Under the pieces are notes generated by a model that was not told where the DNA came from, did not search any database, and worked only from the letters and a program-made list of their open reading frames with translations. Below are positions 26,705 through 40,811 of a stretch of DNA of 64,000 nt, piece by piece (positions within the stretch are counted from its first letter, which is position 1; each line of letters begins with the position of its first letter). A program made the position numbers and the translations under genes. Origin of the DNA: Octopus sinensis (Eukaryota); the NCBI RefSeq assembly GCF_006345805.1, contig NC_042997.1, positions 146,816,001-146,880,000 on the forward strand, written 5' to 3'.

Positions 26705-26900
26705 AGTATTAACTGGACCAATATTAATTGGTTTCAAATTTTGGCACAAAGCCAGGAGTTCCAGGGAGAGTTTTAGTTGACCTCGTAATGGTGAAAGGCA
26801 AAGTCCACCTCGGCGCATTTGAACTCAGAACATAAAGACGGACGAAATGCCGCTAGGCATTTTTTCCGGCGTGTTAATGGTTCTGCAAGCACGCCGCCTT
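26705..26900 (-). mobile_element. SINE-B
   Basis: Family consensus. Confidence 0.75.
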
Positions 26901-27068
26901 CTGCCCAGTTCATATTGAAGCAATTTGGAATTCATAAAGATAAGGCTAAACATTCGAAATGTTATAATTGTACAATACTGCTATTATAAGCAGTAACTGG
27001 AAACGTAAAATGGGACTCATTTTCAACTATCACAAGTGAAGGTAATACATAAACACATACACACTCAA

Positions 27069-27176
<108 letters not shown>

Positions 27177-27185
27177 GTAAATATA

Positions 27186-27387
27186 GCGGCAGGCGCAGGC
27201 GTGGCTAATAGGCACAGGGCGTGGATATGGGGTAAGAAGTTTTCTTCCCAACCGCATAGTCCTGGGTTCAGTCCCACTGGTGGCATCATGATCAGGTGCC
27301 TTCTACTATAGCTTCAGGCCGTCCACAGCTTTGTAAGTGGATTTGGTAGATGGAAACTGGAAGAAGCCCGTCGTATAAATATATATA

Positions 27388-27420
<33 letters not shown>
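27186..27420 (+). mobile_element. SINE-A 5' half
   Basis: ggcgcaggcgtggct..gggttcagtcccactg. Confidence 0.8.
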
Positions 27421-28087
27421 GAAAAAGAAGAAAAAAATGCTACTTTCTTAAAATTGGGTTCAATTTAATTTCCCTTTATATAAACACGTTAAAAGAAGAA
27501 TGTTTTGGTTTTGCTTTCCTTGTTTCGATTTTTGAAAAACCTTATCAAAAATATGTACTAAATGGAATATGTAGATAGAAAAGAGCTTTTAATAAAATTA
27601 AATTAAAATTAACATTCATAGTTTACTTTGGTTTTTTTTTTTCTGCATGAGCACGTGGTAATTTCCGTTAATGTTCGTGGCATGACAATTTGAACTGTCT
27701 GTAACGGCAAATTGCTACTATCTGTTTTGGCAAATTAAATAGTGTGATCAAGACTTGTTTTCTATAGGAGTGGCTGTAGTAGTCGCATAACTAGCAACAG
27801 TAATAATAATAGTCGTCGTGGAGATGTTGTTCCCCCTGGGGTTTTAATAGAAATCGGGTTCTTCGACCCGTTGTCTTTGTTTCTTATGAATAACTTGCAC
27901 ATCCATATACACACATATACACATATACACATATACACACATATACACTCACCCATACACACATGTACACATATACACACAAACAGACACACACACACTC
28001 ATACATATACATACTCATACATATACACATACATGTACACAATAAGCACACGCATATATATACATACATGCATGCATATATATATAT

Positions 28088-29421
28088 GGGTTCCGTAATG
28101 GAAGGGACTACCTAACACAGCTCCTGCATCACTTTGATGACATTTTGAGAGCTTTGGGAGAGGGCTCCAACACCGATGTCATCTACCTTGATTTCAGTAA
28201 GGCCTTCGACAGGGTCGATCACAAGATCCTATTGAAAAAACTATCCAACATTGGTGTCTCTGGAAAGTTACTGAAATGGATCAAGTGTTTCCTGACAGAC
28301 AGATCTCAACATGTTGTAGTTGAAGGGGTAAAATCAAGCCCAGCCAAAGTCAGTAGTGGCGTTCCGCAAGGCACTGTGCTGGGCCCACTTCTTTTCATCA
28401 TCTACATTAATGACATCAATGACATCATCAAGCACAGCAACATAAAAATCTTTGCAGATGATTCCAAGCTACAGAAGGTCATAAATGAGGCGAGTGACCG
28501 GACATGCCTTCAGTCAGATCTACTGGCTGTTATCCAATGGGGAGAAAAAAACAATATGCTGCTGAACGAGGATAAATTTGAGTTAATCCACTTTGGCAAA
28601 GAGGATGCCCTGAAACTCCCATACTCCCTTCCTTCAGGTGAAACTCTCGCGGCGTCCAACAACATCAGAGACTTGGGAGTAATTGTGGACAACAACATAA
28701 GCTGGGCCACTCATATAAACACCAAAGTTGACATGGCCCGCAGAATGTGTTCCTGGATTCTCAGAACTTTCCAGTCGAGAGATATCCACACCATTATCCT
28801 TCTCTTCTCCACTTTTGCCCGACCCCACCTTGAATACTGTTGTCCACTGTGGTCTCCCCACACAATACAAAGTATCATAAAAGTTGAAGCACCTCGAAGG
28901 GCAATCACAAGAAAGATAGATGGCATGACAGGCCTCGACTATACTAGAAAAGCTAAAACTTTATTCTCTCCAACGTCGTCGTGAGCGCTACATCATCTGC
29001 ATGATGTGGAAAATATTCCATCAGCATTGCCCAAATGATGTTGGCATCACCTTTAAGGTACATCCAAGGCTTGGGCCCCGTGCCATCCGCCCAAAACAAA
29101 AATCGCACTCTCATCTCATAACAACAATACGGCACAATTATTTCACCTCTATTGGCCCCGCTCTCTTTAACATTACACCAAAACACATTAAAACAGAAAC
29201 TGACCCTATAGGGTTCAAGAAGTCTTTGGACAGATTCCTTCAAGAAATCCCGGATAAACCCCCTACACCCGGATATGTCTCTGTAAACAATAACTCTCTA
29301 CTTGAGTGGGCCATAGTGCCCAAATTCTGACTTGAAAGACTTCACCAGGTGGTGCTATTAAGTTAGACATGGCCTGGGCCAATAATGGCCGAAACCTATC
29401 AAAGTATCAAAGTATCAAAGT
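28088..29421 (+). mobile_element. 5'-truncated CR1/L2-type LINE with reverse transcriptase
   Basis: GFRNGR..LTQLL, VIYLDFSKAFDRVDH, GVPQGTVLGPLLFIIYIND, FADD; one frameshift near 28940; stop at 29330; (ATCAAAGT)3 tail; inserted in (TA)n. Confidence 0.92.
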
Positions 29422-29451
29422 ATATATATATATATATATACATACACACAC

Positions 29452-29491
<40 letters not shown>

Positions 29492-29577
29492 GATCCGAAA
29501 ATGGAGGAATAAATAAGGATGAGAAGTGGATCTTTGGTGCTAAAAAGGCCATCATTTAATTACTTAAAGATGAGAGT

Positions 29578-29656
29578 GAGTTTATAGCTGTTTCCGTGTA
29601 CTATTCTGAGGTAAATATGTATTTACCTCGTTGCAAATAGTAGACCTCATCAGAAC
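29578..29656 (-). ncRNA. Degenerate hammerhead
   Basis: gtt-CTGATGA-ggtc-tactatt..aatagta-cacg-GAAAC-AGCT-ATA-aac; mismatches at the base of stem II and in stem III. Confidence 0.4.
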
Positions 29657-30714
29657 GAAAAAGGCAAAAATAGACAAGTATAAGGAATTCAACAATAACG
29701 CATAAAATCACCAGACAGCAAGCTGTGACTCAACCTATGGTGTCAGTGTTTCATTTTAGATCGTCGAGACTCTTGGTTCCAAGTCTGTGAGGCATTGCGC
29801 ATTCATTCCATACTATCAGCTCAGAAACCTTACACTGAACTGTCAGTGTGTAAGGCTGAGTGGTAGCTTAAAAGCAATGATCGATCCTGTCACTTATGGG
29901 CAAAGTTACAGAAATTCCAGAAGAAGCCATTGCAATGGTAATTTGCCTGTGATGACGAATCTTTACCAAAATTAGGTTAATCAAGACTTTACGTGTACTA
30001 GCGGAAGCATCAAAGAAAGCAATTTCTCCATAGCCAGATGTCACCAATTGTTCGATCCTTCTTTAAAAGCTTCATTTTTTAATCTGTAATCAAGAGTGAA
30101 CGCACAGACGGACGAACGGCCGAATGGATGGATGGATGGGTGGATGGATGGATGGATGGATGGATGGATGGATGGATGGATGGATGGATAATGTCAAGTA
30201 GATCGAAGATAATTTAACATAATCACACATCTGCTACAGTTCTCCTTACTGTTGAATATATTTCGCAGATCTTGTGAATGCTCTGAAGACACATACTTTC
30301 TGACTACATATTTACCCCCGTGTTAATATGGAACACAATATGTTGAATCACGGTCGACAGCTAGTTTCCTGTGAATTGGATTAATATTGATGAAATTTAG
30401 AGACATACATGAATCTTCAAGATAATGTAAGAAGTTACTAGGAGAGCAAGAGAATTAAGACGTGTCAATCATGAATCGAGCATGAATCACAGACTCAGAT
30501 CGTACACACGGACACACTTGCGCACAAACATGCGCATATACATACATTTATGAGTGTAGACACATACAAAACATACACAAGCTATGTAAAGAAGCATATC
30601 CAAGATATGCATAGCAGGATCGAAATCGAGACCTCATGGTTGCACAACCAACACACACTCTTCCAATTCTCTCACTCTTTCTGTCTCAGATATATTACAA
30701 AACAATATATATTG

Positions 30715-30985
30715 GAGGCACAGTACGCTGGGCGAAATGCTTAGCGGTATTTCGTCCGCCGCTGCGTTTTGAGTTCAAATTCCGCCGAGGTCGACAAACA
30801 AGGACAGACAAAGGCATTAAGTCGATTACATCGACCACAGTGCGTAACTGGTACTTAATTTATCGACCCCGAAAGAATGAAAGACAAAGTCAACCTCGGC
30901 GGAATTTGAACTCAGAACGTAACGGCAGACGAAATACCGCTAAGCATTTAGCCCGGTGTGCTAACGTTTCTGCCAGCTCGCCATC
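30715..30985. mobile_element. Head-out chimera of two SINE-B copies
   Basis: Plus copy to ggtcgac (~30795), then a minus copy. Confidence 0.75.
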
Positions 30986-31263
30986 CTAACAACATATATT
31001 AATGTATATGTGTGTGGGCACATATGTATATATATGTATTGTGTGGATATACATATATACACACAGGTTTAAATGTATTCTCTTATTCTTTTACTTGTTT
31101 CAGTCATTTGACTGCGGCCATGCTGGAGCAGCACCTTGAAGGGATTTAGTCGAAAAAGTCAACTCCAAGACTTATTTGTTAAGCCTAGTACTTATTTAGG
31201 GATGTAAACACATCAACACCGGTTGTCAAGCGGTGATGAGGTGACAAACACAGACACACATGT

Positions 31264-31300
<37 letters not shown>

Positions 31301-31309
<9 letters not shown>

Positions 31310-32458
31310 GGGTAGAAATTGATATTAGTCAATTAAAACCAGTGGTCTAGCACATTAAAAAGAATCCGAAGATTAAAATATTTATATATACCAATTAAGG
31401 ACTGAGCACGAAAAGGTGGACAGTCAACATGCTAGATATAGACGTCAAATCGCCATTCTCCACAAGGATTATGTTCTCAAATAAAAATAAAATTCAGCAC
31501 GACCTAAAGCAATGGATGAGACAAAAGAAAAATACTAAGTGGAATAATTACCTACGTACTGCAGTTTCAGCTATTAATATCACAAGGATATCTGTAGCTT
31601 CATCAGCGTAGTCTGTTATGAGCATAATATGCTGTACTAGATGAAAAACGGTACCGAAGTCCCGCATGCAAAAAGTACAACCTATTACGTTCGGATGTAT
31701 CCTTCGAATGCCTCTACTTTTGGCGCGCTGATAATCGAAAAACTAGCCTGCAGCCAATAATTAGCAGCAGTCAATTTATCGGTTTGAGAACATATATTTC
31801 ATATTTAAAAATTAAGGGTAGAAATTGATATAGTCAATTAAAACCAGTGGTCTAGCACATAAAAAGAATCCGAAGATTAAAATATTTTATATACCAATTA
31901 AGGACTGAGCACGAAAAGGTGGACAGTCAACATGCTAGATATAGACGTCAAATCGCCATTCTCCACAAGGATTATGTTCTCAAATAAAAATAAAATTCAG
32001 TACTGGTTTTAATTGACTAATATCAATTTCTACCCTTAATTTTTAAATATGAAATATATGTTCTCAAACCGATAAATTGACTGCTGCTAATTATTGGCTG
32101 CAGGCTAGTTTTTCGATTATCAGCGCGCCAAAAGTAGAGGCATTCGAAGGATACATCCGAACGTAATAGGTTGTACTTTTTGCATGCGGGACTTCGGTAC
32201 CGTTTTTCATCTAGTACAGCATATTATGCTCATAACAGACTACGTTGATGAAGCTACAGATATCCTTGTGATATTAATAGCTGAAACTGCAGTACGTAGG
32301 TAATTATTCCACTTAGTATTTTTCTTTTGTCTCATCCATTGCTTTAGGTCGTGCTGAATTTTATTTTTATTTGAGAACATAATCCTTGCGGAGAATGGCG
32401 ATTTGACGTCTATATCTAGCATGTTGACTGTCCACCTTTTCGTGCTCAGTCCTTAATT

Positions 32459-32464
<6 letters not shown>
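31301..32464. mobile_element. Retrozyme-like element 1: ~503-bp unit, 1.4 tandem copies (-) plus an inverted ~0.9 copy (+)
   Basis: actgagcacg at 31401 and 31904; orientation switch at ~32000; (TA)n on both flanks; near-identical arms; related fragment at 60-185. Confidence 0.85.
31552..31611 (-). ncRNA. Type-I hammerhead ribozyme, canonical
   Basis: ctacg-CTGATGA-agct..agct-GAAAC-TGCA-GTA-cgtag; all three stems pair; the inverted partner 32240-32299 has C3U. Confidence 0.85.
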
Positions 32465-32522
<58 letters not shown>

Positions 32523-32896
32523 AAATCCACTCACAAGACTTTGGCTGGCGCGAGGCTTTAATATAAGACTCTTTCCCAAGGTGCCACGTAGTTGGACTGG
32601 ACCTGGAACCAAGTAGTTGGGAAGCAAGCTTCTTACCACACAGTCACGTCTGTGCCTACACCTCCCCTACACTCCACACACAGACACACACACACACACA
32701 CACACATACACAAATATATATATTGATACTGATATTAAGCAGAAACAAAAGCGTGACTCAAGGTCTGAGAGTTTCATGCGTTGGCATGGATCTTAAGTTC
32801 CTCTGTTGCTTCAGTTAAATAATAATAATGATACATATATACTCATATTTTGAGTTCTCATTTTCCTGTTTGCATCAACATGCCTATATATATATA

Positions 32897-33299
32897 TAGG
32901 CGTAGGAGTAGCTGTGCCGTAATTAGCTTGCTTACCAACCGCATGGTTCTGCATTCAGTCCCACTGCGTGGCACCTTGGGCAAGTTTCTTCTACTATAAC
33001 CTCGGGCCGACCAAAGCCTTGTGAGTGAATTTGGTAGACGGAAACTGAAAGAAGCCCGTCGTATATATGTATATGTATGTATGTGTCAGTGTATATGTTT
33101 GTGTGTCTGTGTTTGTCCCTCCAACATCGCTTAACAACCGATGCTGGTGTGCTTACGTCCCCGTAAATTAGCGGTTCGGCAAAAGAAACCGATAAAATAA
33201 GTACTAGGCTTTCAAAGAATAAGTCCTGGGGTCGATTTGCTCGACTAAAGTCGGTGCTCCAGCATGGCCACAGTCAAATGACTGAAACAAGTAAAAGAT
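32897..33299 (+). mobile_element. SINE-A, full length
   Basis: Family consensus. Other partial copies at 31083-31262 (-), 32521-32660 (-), 40777-41130 (+), 50285-50637 (-), 52120-52450 (-), 55719-55878 (-) and 60680-60830 (-). Confidence 0.9.
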
Positions 33300-33483
33300 A
33301 TCTATATATACACATATATATATGTCTATGTATATATATATGTATATATATTTATATATGTGTGTGTGTGTATATATATGTACATATATATATATGTACA
33401 TATATATATATGTATGCATGTATATACAAAATACACATATATATACATAAATATATAATTATATTTAACTATATGGGTGTATG

Positions 33484-33515
<32 letters not shown>

Positions 33516-34097
33516 CTATATATATATTATATATATATATACATATAAAAAAAAATTTTAATCTACACTATGGATTAATTCATCTTCTCTTCGAAACTAA
33601 TAAGTTTTTAAAAATCTGTGATAAGACTGTGCATCATCATTAAGGAACTTTGGAAAACTGTTTACAACCTATATCTGCCTCTAATGGAATTATCTCCAAT
33701 ATTTCATGAGTATAACCTCACCCACTAAGATGTCTAGAGAACTCATATGTATTTTAGCTGATGAGTACGGGACACTTTTATCTGCTGCAATTTTTGAAAC
33801 TTGTAATAAAACCTGTCTTTGTATGAAACAATTGTACTAAAAACTAATCCATTCTTGTTGCTTCTTTCTCGTATATATACATATATGTATGCTTTTGTAT
33901 ATATGTATGTAGATACACGCACACACACACATACATACACACACACATACATACACACACACACGCATATATATATATAGGTATATAGAGATGTAGATAT
34001 GTATGCATATATATATTTGCTCATGTGTACGATATACATGTATATTATATAAATATAAATATAAATATAGATACGTGTGTGTATGTATGTATGCATT

Positions 34098-34143
<46 letters not shown>

Positions 34144-34155
34144 ATAATCGATATA

Positions 34156-34198
<43 letters not shown>

Positions 34199-34251
34199 TG
34201 TATAATCGATATATATATATATATATATATAATATATATATATGATGTATA

Positions 34252-34283
<32 letters not shown>

Positions 34284-34445
34284 GGGCCGATGCATGCATC
34301 CTTATATACATACATACATACATACATACATACATACATACATACAACATACATACATACATACATACACACGCACACACACACATACATACATACATAC
34401 ATACATACATACATACATACATACATACATACATACATACATACA

Positions 34446-34476
<31 letters not shown>

Positions 34477-34622
34477 GGAAATGAGACAGTGTAGGTCTGT
34501 TTCCAAATTATGAATTTTGGAACTTTATTGTTCCAAACCTGCTGGAAAAATAAAAATAACAAGTACGAGAAAATCTACAATAAGATAAAATTTGAACACA
34601 GTTGTATATTTTATGAAGCACA

Positions 34623-34722
<100 letters not shown>

Positions 34723-37700
34723 CATACAAATACGTATATATGTGCGTGTATTTGTGTGTGTATGTATGTGTTAAATTAGGATTATTGTCTTAAAGTATGT
34801 TTAAGAACAACGGAACATTTATCCATGAAGTGACCCATTGCTGAAAGGAGAGTCAAATTTAATATAAGATATGTTGTGGCTAGGAAATTTAATTCTTCAT
34901 ATGAAAGTACTCTATTTGATATATGTATATATATTATATCGTATTCTATTATATTTTATATTTTATCTTATATTACATTATACTATATAACGTCTATTTT
35001 TCCTGAAATATTCCAATTGGTAAATATTTCTGCATCATGTTGTTATGTCCCGTGTAAACCCTGAATTGAACACAAATATTATCAGCCATGATCACCCTGT
35101 AGATGTTAATGTTTAAATTGAGGGCGAATATGGCTGCCATTTCGGTCAGGTCTAACTACAGCAGGGAGCTGTAGTGTCTATTGCATTCTAACCTTTGAAT
35201 CAAGTATGCAATCTGCACAGAGGTTTCCATGTTGTGTTGTTTTGTTGCATAGCTGTCTTTGAATCAGAACAGAGACTACAATAAACACACAAACGAAAAG
35301 AATTGAGATACAGGATGTATTCTGAAGATGAAACTAAAGACTACAGTAGTTCATATACAAATATATTATGAATATTTTTGTCTCTTAGATTAACTATAAA
35401 TCTTAGAACATTCTCATCAGATGTGTCTTTCTCATCAAATCGCTAAATTGGGAGATGGTTGTGCCTTACATTGCAGTTTCTTGGTTATCTTTACTAACTG
35501 TTCGTTTTTCTTTTATCTCATTATTTGATTTTTCAATAACATTAGAAACTACTGATTTGTTATTGATTTCTAACATAGGTACAAGGCCACAAATCCGTGA
35601 CACAATCGATTAAATCGTCCTCATTATATGACTGATAATTCATTTTATCGAAAATTTGAAAAGGGAAATCATTATTGCTGATTCCTTAGGTGAGACCACA
35701 AGACTCAAAGACCAAAATGTAAGTTTCTGCAAGTTTCAATAAGATTTTTTCATTTTCTTTTTTTTTTTTTTTTTTTTATTTTATTTTGTATAAATGACAT
35801 GGTCAAGGGAAGAAGGGCAATAGCCATGACATTTTCACAAGACCTCTGAAACTGTTGGGATGAAGATACTGATTTCTCAAGCCACTCAGTTTGGTCCTAA
35901 AGCTTGCAAGAGAATTGACTCTATTAAAGTTATTCGAGAGCCGTGCGACTGTGTTAAACCGGATGATGAATAACGATTACAACCAAACAGGATTTCACAA
36001 AGTTTTCGTCAACCAAATTTCATGTTTTAGGGGCTGGGGCAAATTGGGATGAAATTCTAGCTCACTTGATTTCAAAGCAAACCTCTTAACCACACGACTG
36101 ATGAAGACATTTTATCAAGGCTCTGCAATGTTTAACATTCACATAGAGTGATGCTGTGTTGATTGTTGTTGAGCAGTTACATGTCAGCCTTAATTGAGTA
36201 GACTTATGATCAAAGGCATTCCAGCCTTTGCTATCCTCTTTTCTTCTGGCATAGTGTATCCCGGGTCATATTATCCAATGTGTATCTTCTTTTTTAAGAC
36301 AATAGTGTGTGATTTAATAAGGATTTTAGTTCTATTTACAACATCAAGATTCTTGAAATATTGGTTCTAAGATATATACCACCTATATATAAGATTACAG
36401 ATTTTAGGAGGAAGGCCATAGTCATATCATCCCTCTGACTATTTGATTGGTCCTTATTTTATCGGACCCAGAAGGGTGAAATGCTCTATCATCTTTAGTG
36501 GTGTCAAAATATCGTTCTAATGATTTTGCCCTCTCCAATTCTCTCTACCATCCACCATCCCTACGTTTCTAAAAGAATATAAATATTTAACAGTTGGCAT
36601 ATGGTCACAATTTGTTTGAGATTGAGAATATAGTTGATTGTATTGACCCAAGTACTTCGCTACAACTTATTTTATCAACTCCGAAAGGATAAAGAGCCAA
36701 GTCGATCCCAAAGTCGATGCCAAGTCGATGGTATTTGAATTCAGAACATAGAGATGTAACTAAATCCCTCAAGACATTATACATGACACTCATACAATTC
36801 TGCCAATTCAATTAGATATTGGAAGCAGATTTCAAGAAATCGTATGACGTCATTAAGACTTTAAACGTTAGCGATTAAAATGAGAAAAGAGCTCTAAAAT
36901 TATTCAAAGAATAAAGAGACAAATTATCAAAAATACTTTTTTTTCTTTTGTCATCCCGAAGAATATCAATTTTTTGATTCGGTAAAACATTTGTTAGTTA
37001 CGTTAATTTGAAATTTACTTACAGCTTATGTGATTCGTTACCCAGAATTGGTAGACACTCCTTAGACAATAGGATTTCACAACAGTTTACTTCTTGATTA
37101 AAACAATACTTGGGTTTTCATCTTTTACAACTGAGAACAACTCGAGAAACTGTATTTTATAAAGAACTTCTACGCCTTTCACAATTTACCACTTGGCTTA
37201 AGGATGTTACCACGGCTATTTTCAAAGTGTATTCATTCATCCATTATCTTTTATTTTCATTTTACTTTATTTTGTTTTTCGCAAGTTCATTATATTTTAT
37301 CTACTGTTCAACTGACATTCTGCTATAAATACGTGAAGTGCTCCTTAGAATGCTTCTAGAAGAGACTTCTAACGAAATACATGCACACATACAAAAGCAT
37401 TGTTCAAGGAGGAAATTTTTTTTACTTTCTATCTCTTACTTTCTTCCTTGAAAAAAAAAAGAAATTTCTCTCCCGGTCGTCAAATAGCTATACTCTTGTG
37501 CGATGGAGGCGTGAAGCAAACATAAATCTAAAATAATGCGTTAACCTTGTCGAATGAACCACGTTTACTTTTATTTATCTTATGTATTTTCTATTCTATA
37601 TATATGTACGTGTGTGTGCGTGTGTATAAGTGAGTGTATGTATGTTTGTGTCTATGTTTTTAGGAGGTTTTTTTATGGTGTTAGGAACGGACCGGAAATC

Positions 37701-38765
37701 TGTCTCTTAAAAAGAAAAGAAGAGTCGCTGTTTTAGAACTGAAGTATACCGCGTAGACAGGCGTTAAAAAGACATTAGAGACATTAGGAATATGATAAAA
37801 ACGGTGACTAGGTGACCGTTGGTGTTAGCTTTTCTTCGTGATGAGTTAGAACACCACCGAAGTCTTCGTATTCATGCAAGTTAGTCTGGCAGAGTTATAT
37901 CCACGGGGTAGATTGATCTCAACATAAAAATTTTACAGCGTTAATTCTACAGTGCGTACTTACTACAAAGGAGCTGCTATGCGATCGCCGGACCTGCTAG
38001 AAATAACGACTAAACATCGCCTCAAACCACACTCCACCGTTTTAAAAAAAATGATGATATATTTAAGACATTTGGTGATGTAATATTTATTTTTTTAAAT
38101 TTTTAGCTTAAGACCAATAATTTTGAGGAGAGAAGTAAGTCGATTACATCGACCCTGGTAATTATTCCGTCGACCACGAATGGATGAAAAATAAGGATGA
38201 CCACGGCGATATTTGAACTTAGAATCTAAAGCCGGAAGAAATTTTCACTAAGCATTTTGCCCCGCACAGCAATAAATGATGCATTATTAGATAGAAGATG
38301 TCTGAGAAGAGAAAATGACTTGATGATCATGGATGGAACCATGATCAACGGTCAGCTCGATCAAGACTGACGTGGCTCTAAACAACAAGAAACATATGTA
38401 CCATCATCATGATACACTTGCTAACTGTTTTGGTCAATTCATTTTCAGAAAGCTATGTTTGCGACATGGCACGAACCACCAAGCAAGCAACACATAAACG
38501 GGCATTAAATCTCCTCTTGAGCAAGTGAAACTCACATTTTACGTTATCTCTTTATCCCTCAACCCCTTCCTGCCTTTTATAAAGACGTTTTTGGTTAATC
38601 AGTTGACGTGAAGAAATTCACAAGCTTATAGTACTTATATTTGAAACAAAATATGAATTAGGGTTACTATTTACAATAAACACAAACTCCCTTGATTTAT
38701 TTAAAAGAACCTCCGTTGAATGAACAAAAACTTACACACTCGTTACAACTCATTATCTCTTGTGT

Positions 38766-38804
<39 letters not shown>

Positions 38805-39997
38805 CGCGCACGTGTGTGTGTGGATGTGTATGCGTATATAAACATATACGTATACGTAACCACAGAGAGAGAGAGAGAGAGAGAGAGAAATAAAAGGCAG
38901 TGAATTGGCCGTGTCATCTGAGCATTAGATAGAATGCTTTGCGACACCTGTTTCTTTATGTTTTGAGTTCAAATCTTGTGGTCAACTTTGTCTTTCATCT
39001 CTTCTAATTGATAAAGAAAGTACCAATCTAGTACTTCTCTCTCCCTCTCTCTTTTCTCTCTCTCGCTCTCTCTCTCTCTAATCTGTTGTGTTCTCACCTG
39101 AAGAGAGATGAACTCTACTGGATTTTCAAAAAGAATTCTCAAAGCACGTTCTGTGTTACAACAGTGCTTCTGAAACTCCGACAGGAGTTGAAGACTGAAG
39201 GTATTCTATATTCCACAATAGCCTATTAGTGCTGTTTAAAGTAACTAGAAGCACACTATCTCCAGCTAATTTGTGTGTGTCGAACACTGCAGGCTCTGTA
39301 CTAGACAATATGTTCCGTTTTTACCTCCCAACTTTCTGATATTCAAGCTGGACATTAAATGTATTGACGTACTCAATCTCAGAACGCCAGTCACGGTCAT
39401 TGACATTGACTTTTCTCCCCGATTCTCTCCCTTTCTCCCCCCCCCCCCACACACACTCTCTCTCTCTCTCTCTCATTCATTCACTCACTCACTCACTTTA
39501 TATACCTTGCCAACAGGCGGCGGTAATCATGGGTCTCTATATCATCCTGTCCCGCACACAACTTATCAAGTTAACATAATTAACATGCTAATTAAAAGAA
39601 CTAACATTTAAAAAACAATAAATCGTATAAGTTTAGTGTTATTCGTCAAAGACAGGGCCAGATGTCTTACTGCAAGTAATAAACTCAATCCTGGCCTGTA
39701 AATGACATCATTCCAAAATGAAGATCTGAAATTCAAATAAAAAAGATAGGTATGTCAATCCATCAACAGACATACAAACAAAACCATGCATTCACACAGA
39801 CAAAGTATTGCTATGCATACGCTATGTGCATGGTTGATCAGACATACCTAAGAATGCATGTACACGTATACGTCGAGATGTATACAAATACACACATACC
39901 TGTGTACAACAGGGTAGCACCCATACATGAACCTATAGAACTGAGTAACGACACTTACTATTATATATGTGTATGTATATATATATTATATATATAC

Positions 39998-40811
<814 letters not shown>

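Noticed and set aside
33749-33810. CTGATGA...GAAACTTGTA motif
   Set aside because: Stem II does not pair convincingly; at best a decayed hammerhead.
39095-39420. Hammerhead-like CTGAAGA..GAAACTCC motif and possible minus-strand exons (EFQKHCCNTERALRILFENPVEFISLQ)
   Set aside because: Stems I and II do not pair; reading frames are short, discontinuous and match no family I recognise.
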